Origin: Octopus vulgaris
Taxonomy: Eukaryota
Direction: 5' to 3'
NCBI GenBank assembly: GCA_951406725.2
Contig: OX597818.1
Location: 73,842,001 to 73,906,000, forward strand
DNA length: 64,000 nucleotides
In this document: positions 1 through 12,655 of the stretch, piece by piece
Layout of the letters: each line of letters opens with the position of its first letter
Numbering within the stretch: the first letter of the stretch is position 1
The notes under the pieces: model-generated
Told to the model about the DNA's origin: nothing
Database searches by the model: none
The model's input: only the letters and a program-made list of their open reading frames with translations
Position numbers and translations under genes: made by a program

Positions 1-225
1 AGTCCTTTAGAAATCATCAGAATGAACACTGGTATACTTCAGGAAAAAGTTTATATGTAAAGCAATCACATTATGCATTCTTTTTGATTCCAGGTGCACT
101 TGCAAATTCTTTATAGGTTAAAATCTCTATAGCTTAAAATGCAGCCTGAAAGACCTAATGATTAATAGAATATCGTTGTACACAATGTATACGTGTATAT
201 ATATGTGCGTATGTGTGTGTGTACA

Positions 226-313
<88 letters not shown>

Positions 314-619
314 CAAGAGAGACTTGTACATTTACATATACACATACACATATTAGAGTGTTTATGTGCTTAATAGCGCATCTGCAGCTGTATGGATCAC
401 TCGTAATGTATTCTCTTCAAGCTATATCAGTCTGTTTTTTTTATTACATCATCTACGTTATTATTTCTGTTTTACATGTTAGTATATATTTTACTTGTAT
501 TGATAAAAGATTCGTTTGTTCTCTATTCCAGAAGTTTATTATTTAATTCGAAGAAATCTTGTCACTATATGTGATATGTTATATTTCTTTATATAGTAAA
601 CCCCAGGTTCATCTCACAA

Positions 620-1030
620 TCTTTTTTCATAATATCGATAGCTTCCAGGTCATCAAGTCCACATCACCTACTATTACGCAAATGAAACTATTATCGGTTA
701 TTTCTCAACTATGGATCATGCCAAATTCCATGCCTGTATCTTTGCTGAAGCGTCTTACAGTCTATATTAAGGAATCTATCTCTTTTTCATTCTTACTAAA
801 TAAACTTCAGATCATCCATGTAGAGCACGTGGTTCATTTTCCTCTTACTATTTCTGAACTGATACCCTGCCTTTGCATTCCTTAATACAAAACTGGGGAA
901 GGGGGATCAAGATACGACAAACATAAAACGGGACAACGAGTCCCTTTGGAACATTCCTCTTTTGATATTAACTTTCCCTATGAGTGTGTCACCTGAGTAG
1001 AAATCTACTTTCCATTGTTTCATGCTAAAC
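620..1030 (-). mobile_element. R4/Dong-clade non-LTR retrotransposon RT fragment (degenerate)
   Basis: Manual minus-strand translation gives KVNIKRGMFQRDSLS..., KMNHVLYMDDLK and TVRRFSKDTGMEFG, matching the R4/Dong RT motifs QGDSLSP, YMDDLK and FS.DIGM.FG. Stops and frameshifts are present. Confidence 0.8.
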
Positions 1031-1040
1031 TATTTAATTC

Positions 1041-1118
<78 letters not shown>

Positions 1119-1224
1119 TTAGTGAGCGAGCAGAGCATGCCATCAAAGTGACACTTGTGTAAAATATACGAAGCCCAGTATATCCATCATGACTACCCGT
1201 CTGATAAGGGTACACCAGGCACAT
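1119..1224 (-). mobile_element. 5'-truncated (~105 bp) copy of the adjacent TAA-embedded retroposon
   Basis: Near-identical to 1252-1355 (gccatcaaagtgacact...aaaatatacgaagccc...catcatgactacccgtctgataa...caccaggcacat) and flanked by TTA repeats. Confidence 0.75.
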
Positions 1225-1251
1225 TATTCTTCTTCTTATTATTATTATTAT

Positions 1252-1805
1252 TGAGTGAGAGAGCAGTTCGTGCCATCAAAGTGACACTGGGGTAAAATAT
1301 ACGAAGCCCAATATACCCATCATGACTACCCGTCTGATAAAGGCACACCAGGCACATGCATCACAACCATGTGTGCGCGACATGGTGATCTCATATCAAG
1401 ATAAACAGCACATGACCTTGCAGGTGGGGCCCAGTTAGAATTTTCTTCAGGTTGAGTAGCCCATCCCGCTCAAACGGTCCCTGAATAAGGGTTGTTTAAG
1501 GATGTTGAAAGAACCACCCATGTTTCCAGAGGTGAATTATTCAAACCCCAAAGAATTCCTCTCAACACATGGCTATGATGCTCCCCCACTACTTCTGCTC
1601 GTGATCAGAGATGCACATATCGTCAGCCACTAAGGGACAAGCTCAACTGGTTAAGGTCAAACAACTGACAAGCAAATCTGTGGTATTGAGCAGAATATTT
1701 GCTGTAGCCCATCTTTTATACCAAGACAAAACAACGTACATGATAACATTTCCAATCAGTTAAGATCAGAAGCCATGAGAGCCATTGCCTGGTACTGCAT
1801 CAGGG

Positions 1806-1807
<2 letters not shown>
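1252..1807 (-). mobile_element. Non-autonomous, non-coding retroposon inserted in (TAA)n
   Basis: About 556 bp of complex sequence with no long ORF, bounded on both sides by (TTA)n. One end is duplicated in tandem. It lies among Dong/R4 copies. Strand is inferred from the truncated copy. Confidence 0.6.
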
Positions 1808-1866
<59 letters not shown>

Positions 1867-2745
1867 TTCCGATTGACTTGCATTTTATTTCATCTTCTGA
1901 CCGTGTCTCAATTAGAGACCTAAGGCAAGTATATATTAGAGGGAGAGAAACCTCATGAGAATGTGAGCGTTCGATGACAACACAGTCTTTTGAGTCTCAT
2001 AGATTGTTGGTTTCCTCGGGATCTGGTCGAAATTTTTTTTCACTATCTTTCTTGTTCATTCCCATAGCACCTACAAAAACAGGGGTGCCGCCACATCCTA
2101 GATATCTCAATCTCATGCTCCTTATATTTCAACAGTTTTTCAAATTCCTTTGCTGATATGTTTCTATCAGTAGGCACAGTCATATCAGTTAGCAGGCATG
2201 TTTTTTGTCTTACGTCTTTGATGACGATGTCTGGCATGTTTTCATTTATTTGCCTTTCTCTCTATATATATATCCATAATCCCATAGGATGGTAACATTC
2301 TCTTCCTCATTCACTGGCTCTGGATGGTGTTCATACTAGTTCTTAGGATGTGGGATAACATTGTGACATCATATACTCCAGTGCAAGTATTGGCAAACTA
2401 AACCAAGCTTGGTTCTACATGTTGCAGTGGCTTGGACTAAGCAGCCGGTAACAATGTCGTCAATACTCTCCAGTTTGTCATTTGCAGAGTCTAAAGTGTA
2501 GACATTAGCTTAATAGTTCCGGGTCAGGAGAATCTGAACTTGTGCTGTTAGGATAAATCCTTCTGTTTCGACTTTCAAACCAGCACTCTGCAGCCACTGA
2601 TGAGTTCTCATATCTGCATCAGCTGCGCCAGCTCGTTTGAAATATTGCCCATGCAATGGTTTTTCTTGACACAGTCTCGATATTATCTCCAAGTTCTCCT
2701 GTTTGTCTTTTGTTTTATAACATTTTGCTAGCTTTTCTGCTAGTT
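1867..2745 (-). mobile_element. R4/Dong-clade LINE 3' part (RLE endonuclease and 3' UTR ending in TAA repeats)
   Basis: ORFs 2510-2692 (KPLHGQY...HQWLQSAGLKVETEGFILTAQ...TRNY) and 2043-2237 (PDIVIKD...LLTDMTVP...KEFEKLLKY, a PD..D restriction-like endonuclease). Confidence 0.9.
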
Positions 2746-2749
2746 CCTC

Positions 2750-3110
2750 AACGGTTACGATGGAATTTTGCAGGACGTCATCCTCGAGCTCTACACATCT
2801 TCCAGGACGGAATTTTTGAAATCACCGTTGACACTGGCTTACACTTCCGGCTTGGAATTTCTGGAGCCACAGTTGACACTGGTTTACGCGTATTGTCTCA
2901 TCCCCATATACTGCATTAATATTCCTCGCACTTTCCGTTTCGCTGTTGCTTTTATTGAACTCATAAAATAAAATATGCCAAATATGCTCCTTCGTCACTT
3001 CAATTCTACCTTTGAAAACAAATAACTATCAAATCGAACTGCACTCTTCAAAATTTGCTCTAAGACTAAGTACAAGGTAAAATTACTACCTACTTTTATA
3101 GCAAGAAGGA
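2750..3110 (-). mobile_element. mariner transposase N-terminal HTH fragment with 5' flank
   Basis: Manual translation EVTKEHIWHILFYEFNKSNSETESARNINAVYGDETIRVNQCQLWLQKFQAG, followed by a diverged ~45 bp duplicate and RPGRCVELEDDVLQ. Confidence 0.85.
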
Positions 3111-4385
3111 TAGTCCGAGAGGATAAAAGGCTGAATTTGAACTCAAATGCAAAACCGGAAGAATTTGCCGCTAAACATTTCGTCTGCTTCCCCAACAATC
3201 CTGCCAGCTAGCTTAAATCAATTGGCTAATAACAAAAAGAACTGGATTAGAAACCAACGCATGTGTTTATTTTTAGCTTAAAGACCCTCCCAAGATACAA
3301 AAAGAAAAAACCTCTATATTTCTCATGTTTTGCTTTCTTTTGTTATTTTATCTATATATTTATTATATTGTAGAGTTGCAGATGCGCGCAAGTTGAAGGG
3401 ACTAACGATAAAACATATTTGGAATATAATTAATATCTTTTGCATGTACAACTGCATTTGTCAATGTTTCTTTTCCTTAGTTCAGGGTCTAAGATACAAT
3501 ATGAGGCTGTTTGGTTACTTTTTCTACCATGCTGAGCTCTCCTATACAGTCAGTCATTTTTAGTCTTGTAACAATGAGTTTGTTGATAAGTGTACATACG
3601 GTTGAATTCTGAGAATTGACATAACATCTGTTGATGAAAGTGTTTCGCCCGGACAATTCCCAAGATTGCGGATGTATTTTGTTATGTTCAGTGAGGCGTG
3701 AATACATTATGAGGTTCTCATTGAAATGATTACATATTCTGAAGTTTATGGATGAATTACGTCGTCTTATAACATCGGTGTTTCTTTCTATTATTCTTTA
3801 GTTATTGATTATATTTCTTGCATGAGCATTACAGATGTAACTAAAACACTACAACACACACACATAGACATATATATATACACTCACATATACATATATA
3901 TATACTCACATATGCATATATATATATATATATACATTCACAAGTACATATATACATATATGCGCGTGTGTGTGTATGTGCATAGATGTACGTATTGGGC
4001 GTTGACTAATCTAAATCCGTTGTAGTAATTCCTACATGTACTTCAAGAAAATATGAGCTATACATTGCAAATGAATGAAATTTAACTGCCTAATAGCGAT
4101 TTTACTTTTTAAAATATAAAGGTTTAGGAAATCGTCCATTAAAATTTCAAGTCCAGATGACGTGAGTTTTAAATATGATTTTCGTAACGGGAGCTAATTC
4201 GAAAAATGATATTTTTTCACACACTAGCGTAAATTAATTGTTAAAAGTACAATATAATTCTCACCTCCCACAAATACCAAAGAGATGATAGTACCAAATT
4301 TATCCTACTATATTTATATATATTTATGTATATATATATGCATACATATGTATATATATATATATATATATATATGCTTACATAT

Positions 4386-4425
<40 letters not shown>

Positions 4426-4464
4426 GTGTGTGTGTGTGTTTGTGTATATATATATACACACAAA

Positions 4465-4960
4465 ATGGGGCAAGAACGCAGAACATCCGAACAACTAGGT
4501 GATACATAAAGGAACAACAAAACACATCCAGATAGACAATACCAAAAAACAAGGGCGAGTCATTCGAAGATGAAGTCAAGAACCAGATCATCCTCGCAAT
4601 TTCGGCTGATTAATCTTCAGATTGCTCCAATCTGGCCAGCCCCAAGGAAAAACTAAGCTAGGAGCATTAGATTTCTTGGAAGAAAGCATCGAATGTATGC
4701 AAAAACAAGGACGGAAAAACAGACAATGTTACACAAATATAAATACAATAAATACAATATAAATTCAATAAAAATAATAACATGTGTGTTTCGACCGGGG
4801 ACGATTTGAATAAAGCTGGCGCGTGTCGAAATGAAGCCTTACGGCAGAGATGCAGAGCTTTCACAAACACAGGGAAGTATATCGATGTTGCACGGACGAC
4901 AGTCAGACCCAGAAAAAGCGAGCAGTAGACCGATCGGTCACGTGGGAAGAGAGGCGTGCT
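4465..4960. repeat. Unclassified interspersed repeat between AT microsatellites, possibly a PLE pseudo-LTR
   Basis: Complex, more GC-rich block inserted in an (AT)/(GT) tract, with no coding motifs recognised. Confidence 0.3.
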
Positions 4961-5501
4961 TCTTAGCTTCCTTCCAACATAAGGATTTCGTTGGTTCGGA
5001 CATTTGTAGAAGACGCTTGCCTAAGAAGCTGTGTAGTGGGACTGAACCAAGAACGTATAGGTTGTAAGTAAACCTTTTTGTACAAGCTACGCATGACCCT
5101 ATGCAATGTAAAATGAAGTGTTTTGTTCAAGAGTTCAAAGCACCAGCAATCGAAACCACGATCTTGCGATGATAGGTGGAACACTGATTTGCTAGGTCGC
5201 CTGCTTGTATATACATATGCACACTGGTACACACATACGTATATAAACACATTTATATATACATATATATATGTGTGTATGTTTATATATATATGCAGAG
5301 AGAGGGTGGTATACCATCATATATGTATATGTGTATCTATTTATACATGTATATATATATATATATGCATATATATATAAATAGATTTATATACACAGGT
5401 ATACATACATATATATGTATGTACCTGTATGTATGCATATGCATACATATACATATTTCCATGCACATATGCACACCCATATATATGCATATATATATAT
5501 G

Positions 5502-5532
<31 letters not shown>

Positions 5533-5559
5533 GTATATATGTATATATATGTATGTATG

Positions 5560-5614
<55 letters not shown>

Positions 5615-6202
5615 CAAATAGGGTTATATGGAGAATGACGAAATAAGAAAGAAGCAGAACGGAAAGATAATATGAGAGCGAGTGAGTGGGTAGAGAGGAT
5701 CTATTTACACCTGCATGTGTTTGGAATACATTATTCAAATGTCAATATGCATGTTTACGTAGAACTGTATTCTGTAAATATTGGCTTATATTCTGTAATC
5801 CTCGCTCATGTATGAAAACCGTTGGTAAAGCTTGTGGATTATAAGATCACTATAGTATTACATCTTTACAATACGTAGATGATCAGCTTGAAATCGAGAA
5901 AATAAAGCAAGCAAAAAATTTACTCTGTTTTAGCAAACAGAGAGCCATTCTACATGTTGCTAGCGTTATTAATAATACTGGATTTTATTTGTTTCGTTAT
6001 CGTTGTTGTTATTGTACGTATAGCTGCACATATATATTTGCCGCTCTACGTTATCTGATACAACTATTATGAAGTATTACGGGACTGTTACCATAGTGAA
6101 AGAAACGCCTCGGTAAACAACAACAGCAGAGACAGGTATACAGATAGAGAAAACTACTAAAAATCACCTAAACTCCCACCCACACATATAAATGCACTGA
6201 AC

Positions 6203-6303
<101 letters not shown>

Positions 6304-6402
6304 TTAGGGAGTATAATATATTTATGATTTGGTTTAGGTTTATCATTGTTTGAATTGCATAATAATGGTTTTTCTCTAATTTATGTATATATATATATAA
6401 GG

Positions 6403-6652
6403 GGAGGCGCGTGGCTCAGTGGTTAGGGTGTTAGCATCATGATCGTTACATTGTGGTGTCGACTCCTGGACCGGGCGACGCGTTGTGTTCTTCAGCAAAA
6501 CACTTCATTTCACGTTGCCCCAGTCTACTCAATTGGCAAAAGTGAGTAACGCTGCGATGGACTTGGTGTCCTGTCCAGCTGAGGAACACATACACCATTG
6601 AAACTGGGAAACCGGGCTCATGAGCCTGGATACGCTTTAAAAGGGTGCATTT
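6403..6652 (+). mobile_element. tRNA-derived SINE
   Basis: ggaggcgcgtggctcagtggttagg (A box) and ggtgtcgactcc (degenerate B box), followed by a ttgtgttcttcagcaaaacactt core-like segment. Confidence 0.75.
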
Positions 6653-6687
6653 ATTATATATGTATATATATATATATACATAATTAC

Positions 6688-7325
6688 AGGCGTGGGTGTA
6701 TGCTAAGAAGCTTGCTTCCCAACCACATGGCTCCGGGTTCTGTCTCACTGCGTGGCACCGTCGGTAAGTGTCTTCTGCTATAGCTTCAGGCCAATTAAAG
6801 CCTTGTGAGTGCATGTGGTGTAGGCGGAAACTGAAAGATGTCCGGCATATATGTATATGTCACCTGACAATCAGTAATTCAAGGATTAAGAACAACAAAT
6901 ATTTATATGAGACTTCTTTCATAAATAGAGAAATGTTGAAAAAATCTCATTCATTCTATTATTAAACATTCAAAATAGGAATGAATAAATAAAATTGAAT
7001 ATTAAGTAGTTATAGAATTTTGATTTACTGCGGCTGACTTTTGGCCAACCCAGTATATATATATATATATATATATGCACATGTTTAATATATGCATATG
7101 TTTGTGTGATTGTGTCTGTGCTCATCCCCTCACACCACCAGCATCACTTCATATCCGATGTTGGTGTTGTTACGCCTCTGTAAGTTAGCGGTTTAGCCAA
7201 AGACACCGATAGAATAAGAACTAGGCTTACAAAGAATAAGTTCTGGGGTCGATTTTCCGACTAAATGCGATGCTCCAGCATGGGCGCAGTCCAATGTCTG
7301 AAACAAGTAAAAGAATAAAAGAATA
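6688..7325 (+). mobile_element. Bipartite SINE (internal AT/GT microsatellite) with an insertion at about 6860-7050
   Basis: 5' half aagaagcttgcttcccaaccacatgg...ggaaactgaaaga; 3' half ccgatagaataag...gctccagcatgg...tgaaacaagtaaaaga. The same family recurs many times in the window. Confidence 0.8.
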
Positions 7326-7509
7326 TATATATAAGATAATATGTGTGTGTTTATGTGTATAATGCAAGGTAATGCTTTGCAGTGTGTCCTCCGTCCTTTC
7401 TTTCTGACTTCAAATTCAAACGATGTTCCAGATAGGAAGTTGTATTGCTGGCTGGCCTTTCTCCAGAGAAAGAGATATACACAAAATTCTGCTAGGGGCC
7501 CGTGGAAAA

Positions 7510-9450
7510 ACCACCTTGAAGAACCACATAGTGAAGTTTAACAAAAAACTGTACATGCAGGTTCAAGGTGCAGCCATCGGTGTCGGTGTAGCTGGCCTCT
7601 TCATGACCTGGTGGGACAGAAAACTTAAACAAATGTTAGCAGAACAGTCCACAACCCTTCTACTCTACAGCAGATGTGTAGATGACATTAATATCATAGT
7701 TAGGACCAACTCTAGTGACGGTAATGTAGAAACTGAGAAATAGCTAACTCCATCCACCAAAGTAGCAAGGTAATTATAGATTACCCCACTAAGCACCCCA
7801 ATAATAGACTCCCTATACTTGATACTGAACTTTGGTTAGGAACTGTGAACAATAGAGTGCAGCTCCTCCACTCCTATTACATGAAACCCATAACTTCAAA
7901 ATATGTTATTCACAACAACTCAGCTTTGTCACACAACATGAAAATTAACATACAGATAGCAGACTTAGTTAGAATAATGAACAATGTGTCCCCACTATGC
8001 GAACCCTATGAAACGAAAAAACATATACAGAACTTCATGCACCGCATGAAGTTCTCTGGATATGATCAGAAATTAGGGTTCGAATATACAGAGGGGCTAG
8101 AAAGAAATTAGACAACATTATACGTACTGACACCAGTGGTACCTGCCCTAGATATAGAAACAAAGAATGAAATAGAATACGAAGAACTTGTGCCAAAGCC
8201 AACAGGGCGAACAAGTGGTATAAAACGTCAAATATCAAGGTGTGATGTTTGTAGAGGTGACAGCCCACGGAGAACTAGCCCGTAGAGTTAGAAAAGTTCT
8301 GAAGGAGACCAAACTCAACATTAAGATAGTTGAAAAGCCAGGGAACTCCGTCAGATCACAGCTATGTAGGACTTACCCCTTTGAGAATACCATATGCACC
8401 AATGATAACTGCATGGTATGTAGGATTAACCCTGGCATTAACTGTAGGACTCGAAATGTAGTTTACAACATATAATGCATAGAACGTGCTTGTAAAGACA
8501 TGAACATGATGTACATAGGGGAAACATCTAGGAGCATTGCGGAACGACTAAATGAACATCTGAGACAATATGACAACAAAAAACAGTCCTCCATACTCAT
8601 ACTCTATCAACACGCAAAATACCACCATGAAGACAAATTGGGTCAACTAGATATCCGCATCTTATACAAGCACCCAAAATACCTAACACTCAGACAAATA
8701 CATGAGTACTTCCTTATAAATGAAACTTCCCCAATACTAAATAGGAAATATACATAGATACTATACCCCCATACCCACAGTTTACACAGGTAAAGTAGAA
8801 AAGTTAATGGGCTGTTATGTAGATAGATATATATATATATATGTGTGTGTGGGGTATATATGTGTATATGCACATGTATGTAAGCATATAATTATAAAAA
8901 TAAGCAGATCAACATACAGACGGATAGGTGCATAGGTTATATGAACTGACAAGCACATATACGCAAATGGAAACTGAAACTCATGACCATATATACACAT
9001 ACACTTTACTTCACACAAGGACACATATAAGGACACGTGTCCACAGATGGCACATAGTTGCAAAACACAACCACACAGACATGCATACATAAGGAAGGAG
9101 GCAGGTGCATACGTATGTGAACAGACGCTCTCATACACACATACATAACAAATACACAAACACGGACATGCAAGCACATGTATATGCAGAATACATACAT
9201 ACAGATGCACACACATACATGCAAATATACATATGCATACACACATATATACATATACACACGTGCATATATGCATACATACATGCATGCATAGCCACAA
9301 ACAAACACACACACACACATTGAACCACAAACATGCGCACAAACAAACAAAAAGGAACGCAGTGTAAACAACGGACATAGTCAAGACTTGAAAAGGTTGC
9401 AAGACGCAACGAAAATTTTATGAAAATAAAAATAAGGAACAAGGAATTTT
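7510..9450 (+). mobile_element. Penelope-like element (RT plus C-terminal GIY-YIG), 5'-truncated and degenerate, with 3' pseudo-LTR
   Basis: KFNKKLYMQVQGAAIG...LFMTWWD...YSRCVDDINII (RT); HSYYMKPITSKYVIHNNSAL (thumb); CRTRNVVYNI and MYIGETSRSIAERLNEH (GIY-YIG). A hammerhead remnant lies at 9388-9420 and a donor-like ggtgagt at about 9454. Confidence 0.9.
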
Positions 9451-9568
9451 ACCGGTGAGTGTGTTAAATTATAAGATACAAAAAGAATATGACTCTCCCC
9501 AGACGCAACAGAATATGCTTCAACACACGAACTCGCATATAGAATCTTGCAAACCAAATCCTAAAATG

Positions 9569-9612
<44 letters not shown>

Positions 9613-10498
9613 ATTCAAAATACACATGCGTGCGTGTGTGTGTGTGTGCTTGCGCGCAAGAGAAGGTGAGAAAGAGAGGGTTTATAGAGATGAGACTGAT
9701 AAACCTATAAATACTATTACCTATCTTTACATACCTACATATACACGCCCACGGACGTATTCACAAACATACACACATACATAAGCTTCTTTGTATGTAT
9801 ACACATGCTTATACACTCCGTGCACACAATATACACACGCGCACGCATATGCAGGTATATATACATGCATAGATTCATACATGCATACATACGCATATAT
9901 AATTAGACATATGTTTATAAAACCTGTTAGCTCACTCAACACCTGTTTTTTTTTGTTTTTGTTTTTTTTTGTCACTTTTCTTTTATCTTTCCAGACATCA
10001 TTTTTCATCAGACCTCTTCTTTCATCTTCTGAAGGTATTTCAATTCCCCAGCTGAGTTTTCTCGTATATTATATTGTCAATCCGCTAGTTATTTCAAATC
10101 CTATTTTTCCACGCCTTTGGGCTTGTTTAATCAATTCATGGACTTTGTATAAATTACAATTTTATGTTATTTTTTGTATGCTAAAGTTTTACTCCTTTCC
10201 TAAAAGACTAAAACTAGGTTCGTAAAGTTTACGATATTTCGTAATTGAATTTGTTTTCCGAAAATTTCATCTAAAACAAGTGTTGAAAGCTCGTAAAAGT
10301 TATAAGCACTTCTGCTAATTTCGCATTGCTTTGCCTTTGAACATATTCCCCAAAATGTTGAAAAATATAAGCAACGCAATCTTATGTAATGAACGAATTT
10401 GTAACATTTATAACATTCGTTTTTCATGAGGGAAGTAAGGTTACAACAACAATAACGACAACGACGACTTCAACAACAACTACATTAATACTAATGGT

Positions 10499-11000
10499 AA
10501 GAAGAAGGAGAAGAAGAAGAAGAAGAAGAAGAAGAAGAAGAAGAAGAAGAAGAAGAAGGAGGAGGAGAAGGAGGAGAATGAGAAGAAGAAGAAGCAGAAG
10601 AAGAAGAAGAAGCAGAAGAAGAAGAAGAAGCAGAAGAAGAAGAAGAAGAAGAAGAATAAGAAGAAGAAGAAGAAGAAGAAGGAGGAGAAGGAGGAGAAGG
10701 AAGAAGAAGAAGAAGAAGAAGAAGAAGAAGAAGAAGAAGAAGAAGCAGAAGAAGAAGAAGAAGAAGAAGAAGAAGAAGAAGAAGACGAGAAGAAGAAGAA
10801 GAAGAAGAAGAAGAAGAAGACGAGAAGAAGAAGAAGACGAGAAGAAGAAGAAGAAGAAGAAGACGAGAAGAAGAAGAAGAAGAAGAAGAAGAAGAAGACG
10901 AGAAGAAGAAGAAGAAGAAGAAGAAGAAGAAGAAGAAGAAGAAGAAGAAGAAGAAGAAGAAGAAGAAGAAGAAGAAGAAGAAGAAGAAGAAGAAGAAGAA
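10499..11000 (+). repeat. ~500 bp (GAA)n microsatellite with interruptions
   Basis: Direct reading. It accounts for the poly-R/K/E and poly-L/F/S ORFs. Confidence 0.98.
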
Positions 11001-12617
11001 CTCTTATATGGATGATCTAAAACTATGCTACAAATGCTAAACGGCTGAAAAAATATTACTACATACCGTACATGGATTTGCCAAAGAAATTGACACGACA
11101 TTTGACTTAGAAAAAGGTGCGAAAGCAACCTTGAAACGAGGAAAACTAGTTAAGAGTAACAACATCGTACTAGATAAAACAAATGAAATAAGGGAATTAG
11201 GCCAAAGCCAGACCTACAAATTCTTAGGAGTCAATCAACTAGATACGATTCAACATAAAAACAGATGAGAGAGAAAACAAGATAGAAATACTATAAGCAG
11301 AAAACAGAGCTCAAGGCGAGAAATAAGATAATAGGTATCAACACATTAGGCGTCCCAGGTACAAGTTACAGCTACAATATTTTTTAATGGACTTTAAATG
11401 AACTAACTAAAATAGTCGGGGAAACAAGAAAAATAATGACTAAATTTAGGATGCAGCACTAAAAACCTGACATAGAAAGGTTATATTCACAACGTATTGA
11501 AGGTGGTAGAGGCCTTATACAGCTAGAAAACTGTTATAAAGTAACCACCATAGGATTACAAAAATACCTTCTTCTTTATAAACAAGGTAAACTAATACAA
11601 ATAGCCAAAACAATAACACGAGTAAATCAAAAAACGGTTTTCTGTCTTTAAGGAAGACGAAAAATATAAAAAAGGAGTCATAGTACCTCACAGCTATGAA
11701 GTAAAAGAAGAAACAACAAAAACTATAAAACAACTGAAATCCAAACTAATACTCGAACAACAGCATATCGTGGTAAACCGATGGCAAGGAAAGCACATTC
11801 ATGGCAAATGCTGGGTTAAGCTAAACAGAAAAGGTATAGACAAAGCAAAATCCCAACAATGGCTGAGAAGTTCAGAACTTAAAGCAGTGGCTGAAGGATT
11901 TTTAACTGCAGCAAAGATCAAAGCCTTCCTACCAGAAATTACAAATTAAAAGTAACAATAATTATATAAATACAAGTAACTGCAAAATATGTTGTGATGA
12001 AGAAGAAACAATAAATTATATTGTCTCGGGTTGCCCAGTCCTGGTTAAGAAAGAATATATTCACAGACCTGAGAATATATGCACTGGAAGGTATGCCAAC
12101 GCAATGAAATGACAGCAGAAAAATAGATGGTATACGCAAAACCCAGAAAAGATCACAGAAAATGAGGGATATGCCAATACACGCAGATAGAGAAATCAAG
12201 GATAATAGACCGGATATAGATGTCAGAGATCACAAAGAAAAATGCCAACTAATCAACGTATCAATATCAACATATTACAACGTTTCTCTAAAAGAAGCGG
12301 AGAAACTTTCAAAATGCAAAATCTGGAAATAGAGGTAACTCCAATGTGGAGCCTAAAATCAGAAACAATTCTTATAATAGTAGACGCTCTGGATATGATA
12401 GGAAAACATTTAGACAAATACATAACCAAAACACCAGGATTTACAAGTGTATATAAGATATAGAAAATGGCACTAGTAAGAACCGCACACATCCTACGTA
12501 AAGCACTTTCAATACAGTGAAAATAAGAAAACCACAGCAAACTACAGCACTTACCCTAGGCACACATAGTTGAGCTCAGTAGTGCAGTAAAAGCACGTGA
12601 TAAAAATAAGACTACTC
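11001..12617 (+). mobile_element. R4/Dong-clade LINE, 5'-truncated within the RT, 3' end in (TAA)n
   Basis: Starts at ctcttatatggatgatctaaaacta (YMDDLKL motif). Contains KHIHGKCW...SQQWLRSSELK, a CKICCDEEETINYIVSGCPVL Zn knuckle, NRPDI (RLE) and KYITKTPG...RTAHILRKALSIQ, then a short 3' UTR and TAA repeats. Confidence 0.92.

Positions 12618-12655
<38 letters not shown>

Noticed and set aside
4585-4630. Minus-strand CTGAAGA ttaatcagcc GAAA, hammerhead-like
   Set aside because: Stem II does not pair and no stem III or NUH site with a matching stem I is evident.
7423-8757. In-frame stops in PLE ORFs as selenocysteine recoding, as in Naiad PLEs
   Set aside because: The stops are of mixed types and come with frameshifts, and the endonuclease is C-terminal, which fits simple decay.
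9980-10020. Minus-strand CTGATGA aaaatgatgtctg GAAA
   Set aside because: No convincing stem I, II or III pairing.
10389-11128. 208 aa and 234 aa ORFs
   Set aside because: These are translations of the (GAA)n microsatellite.
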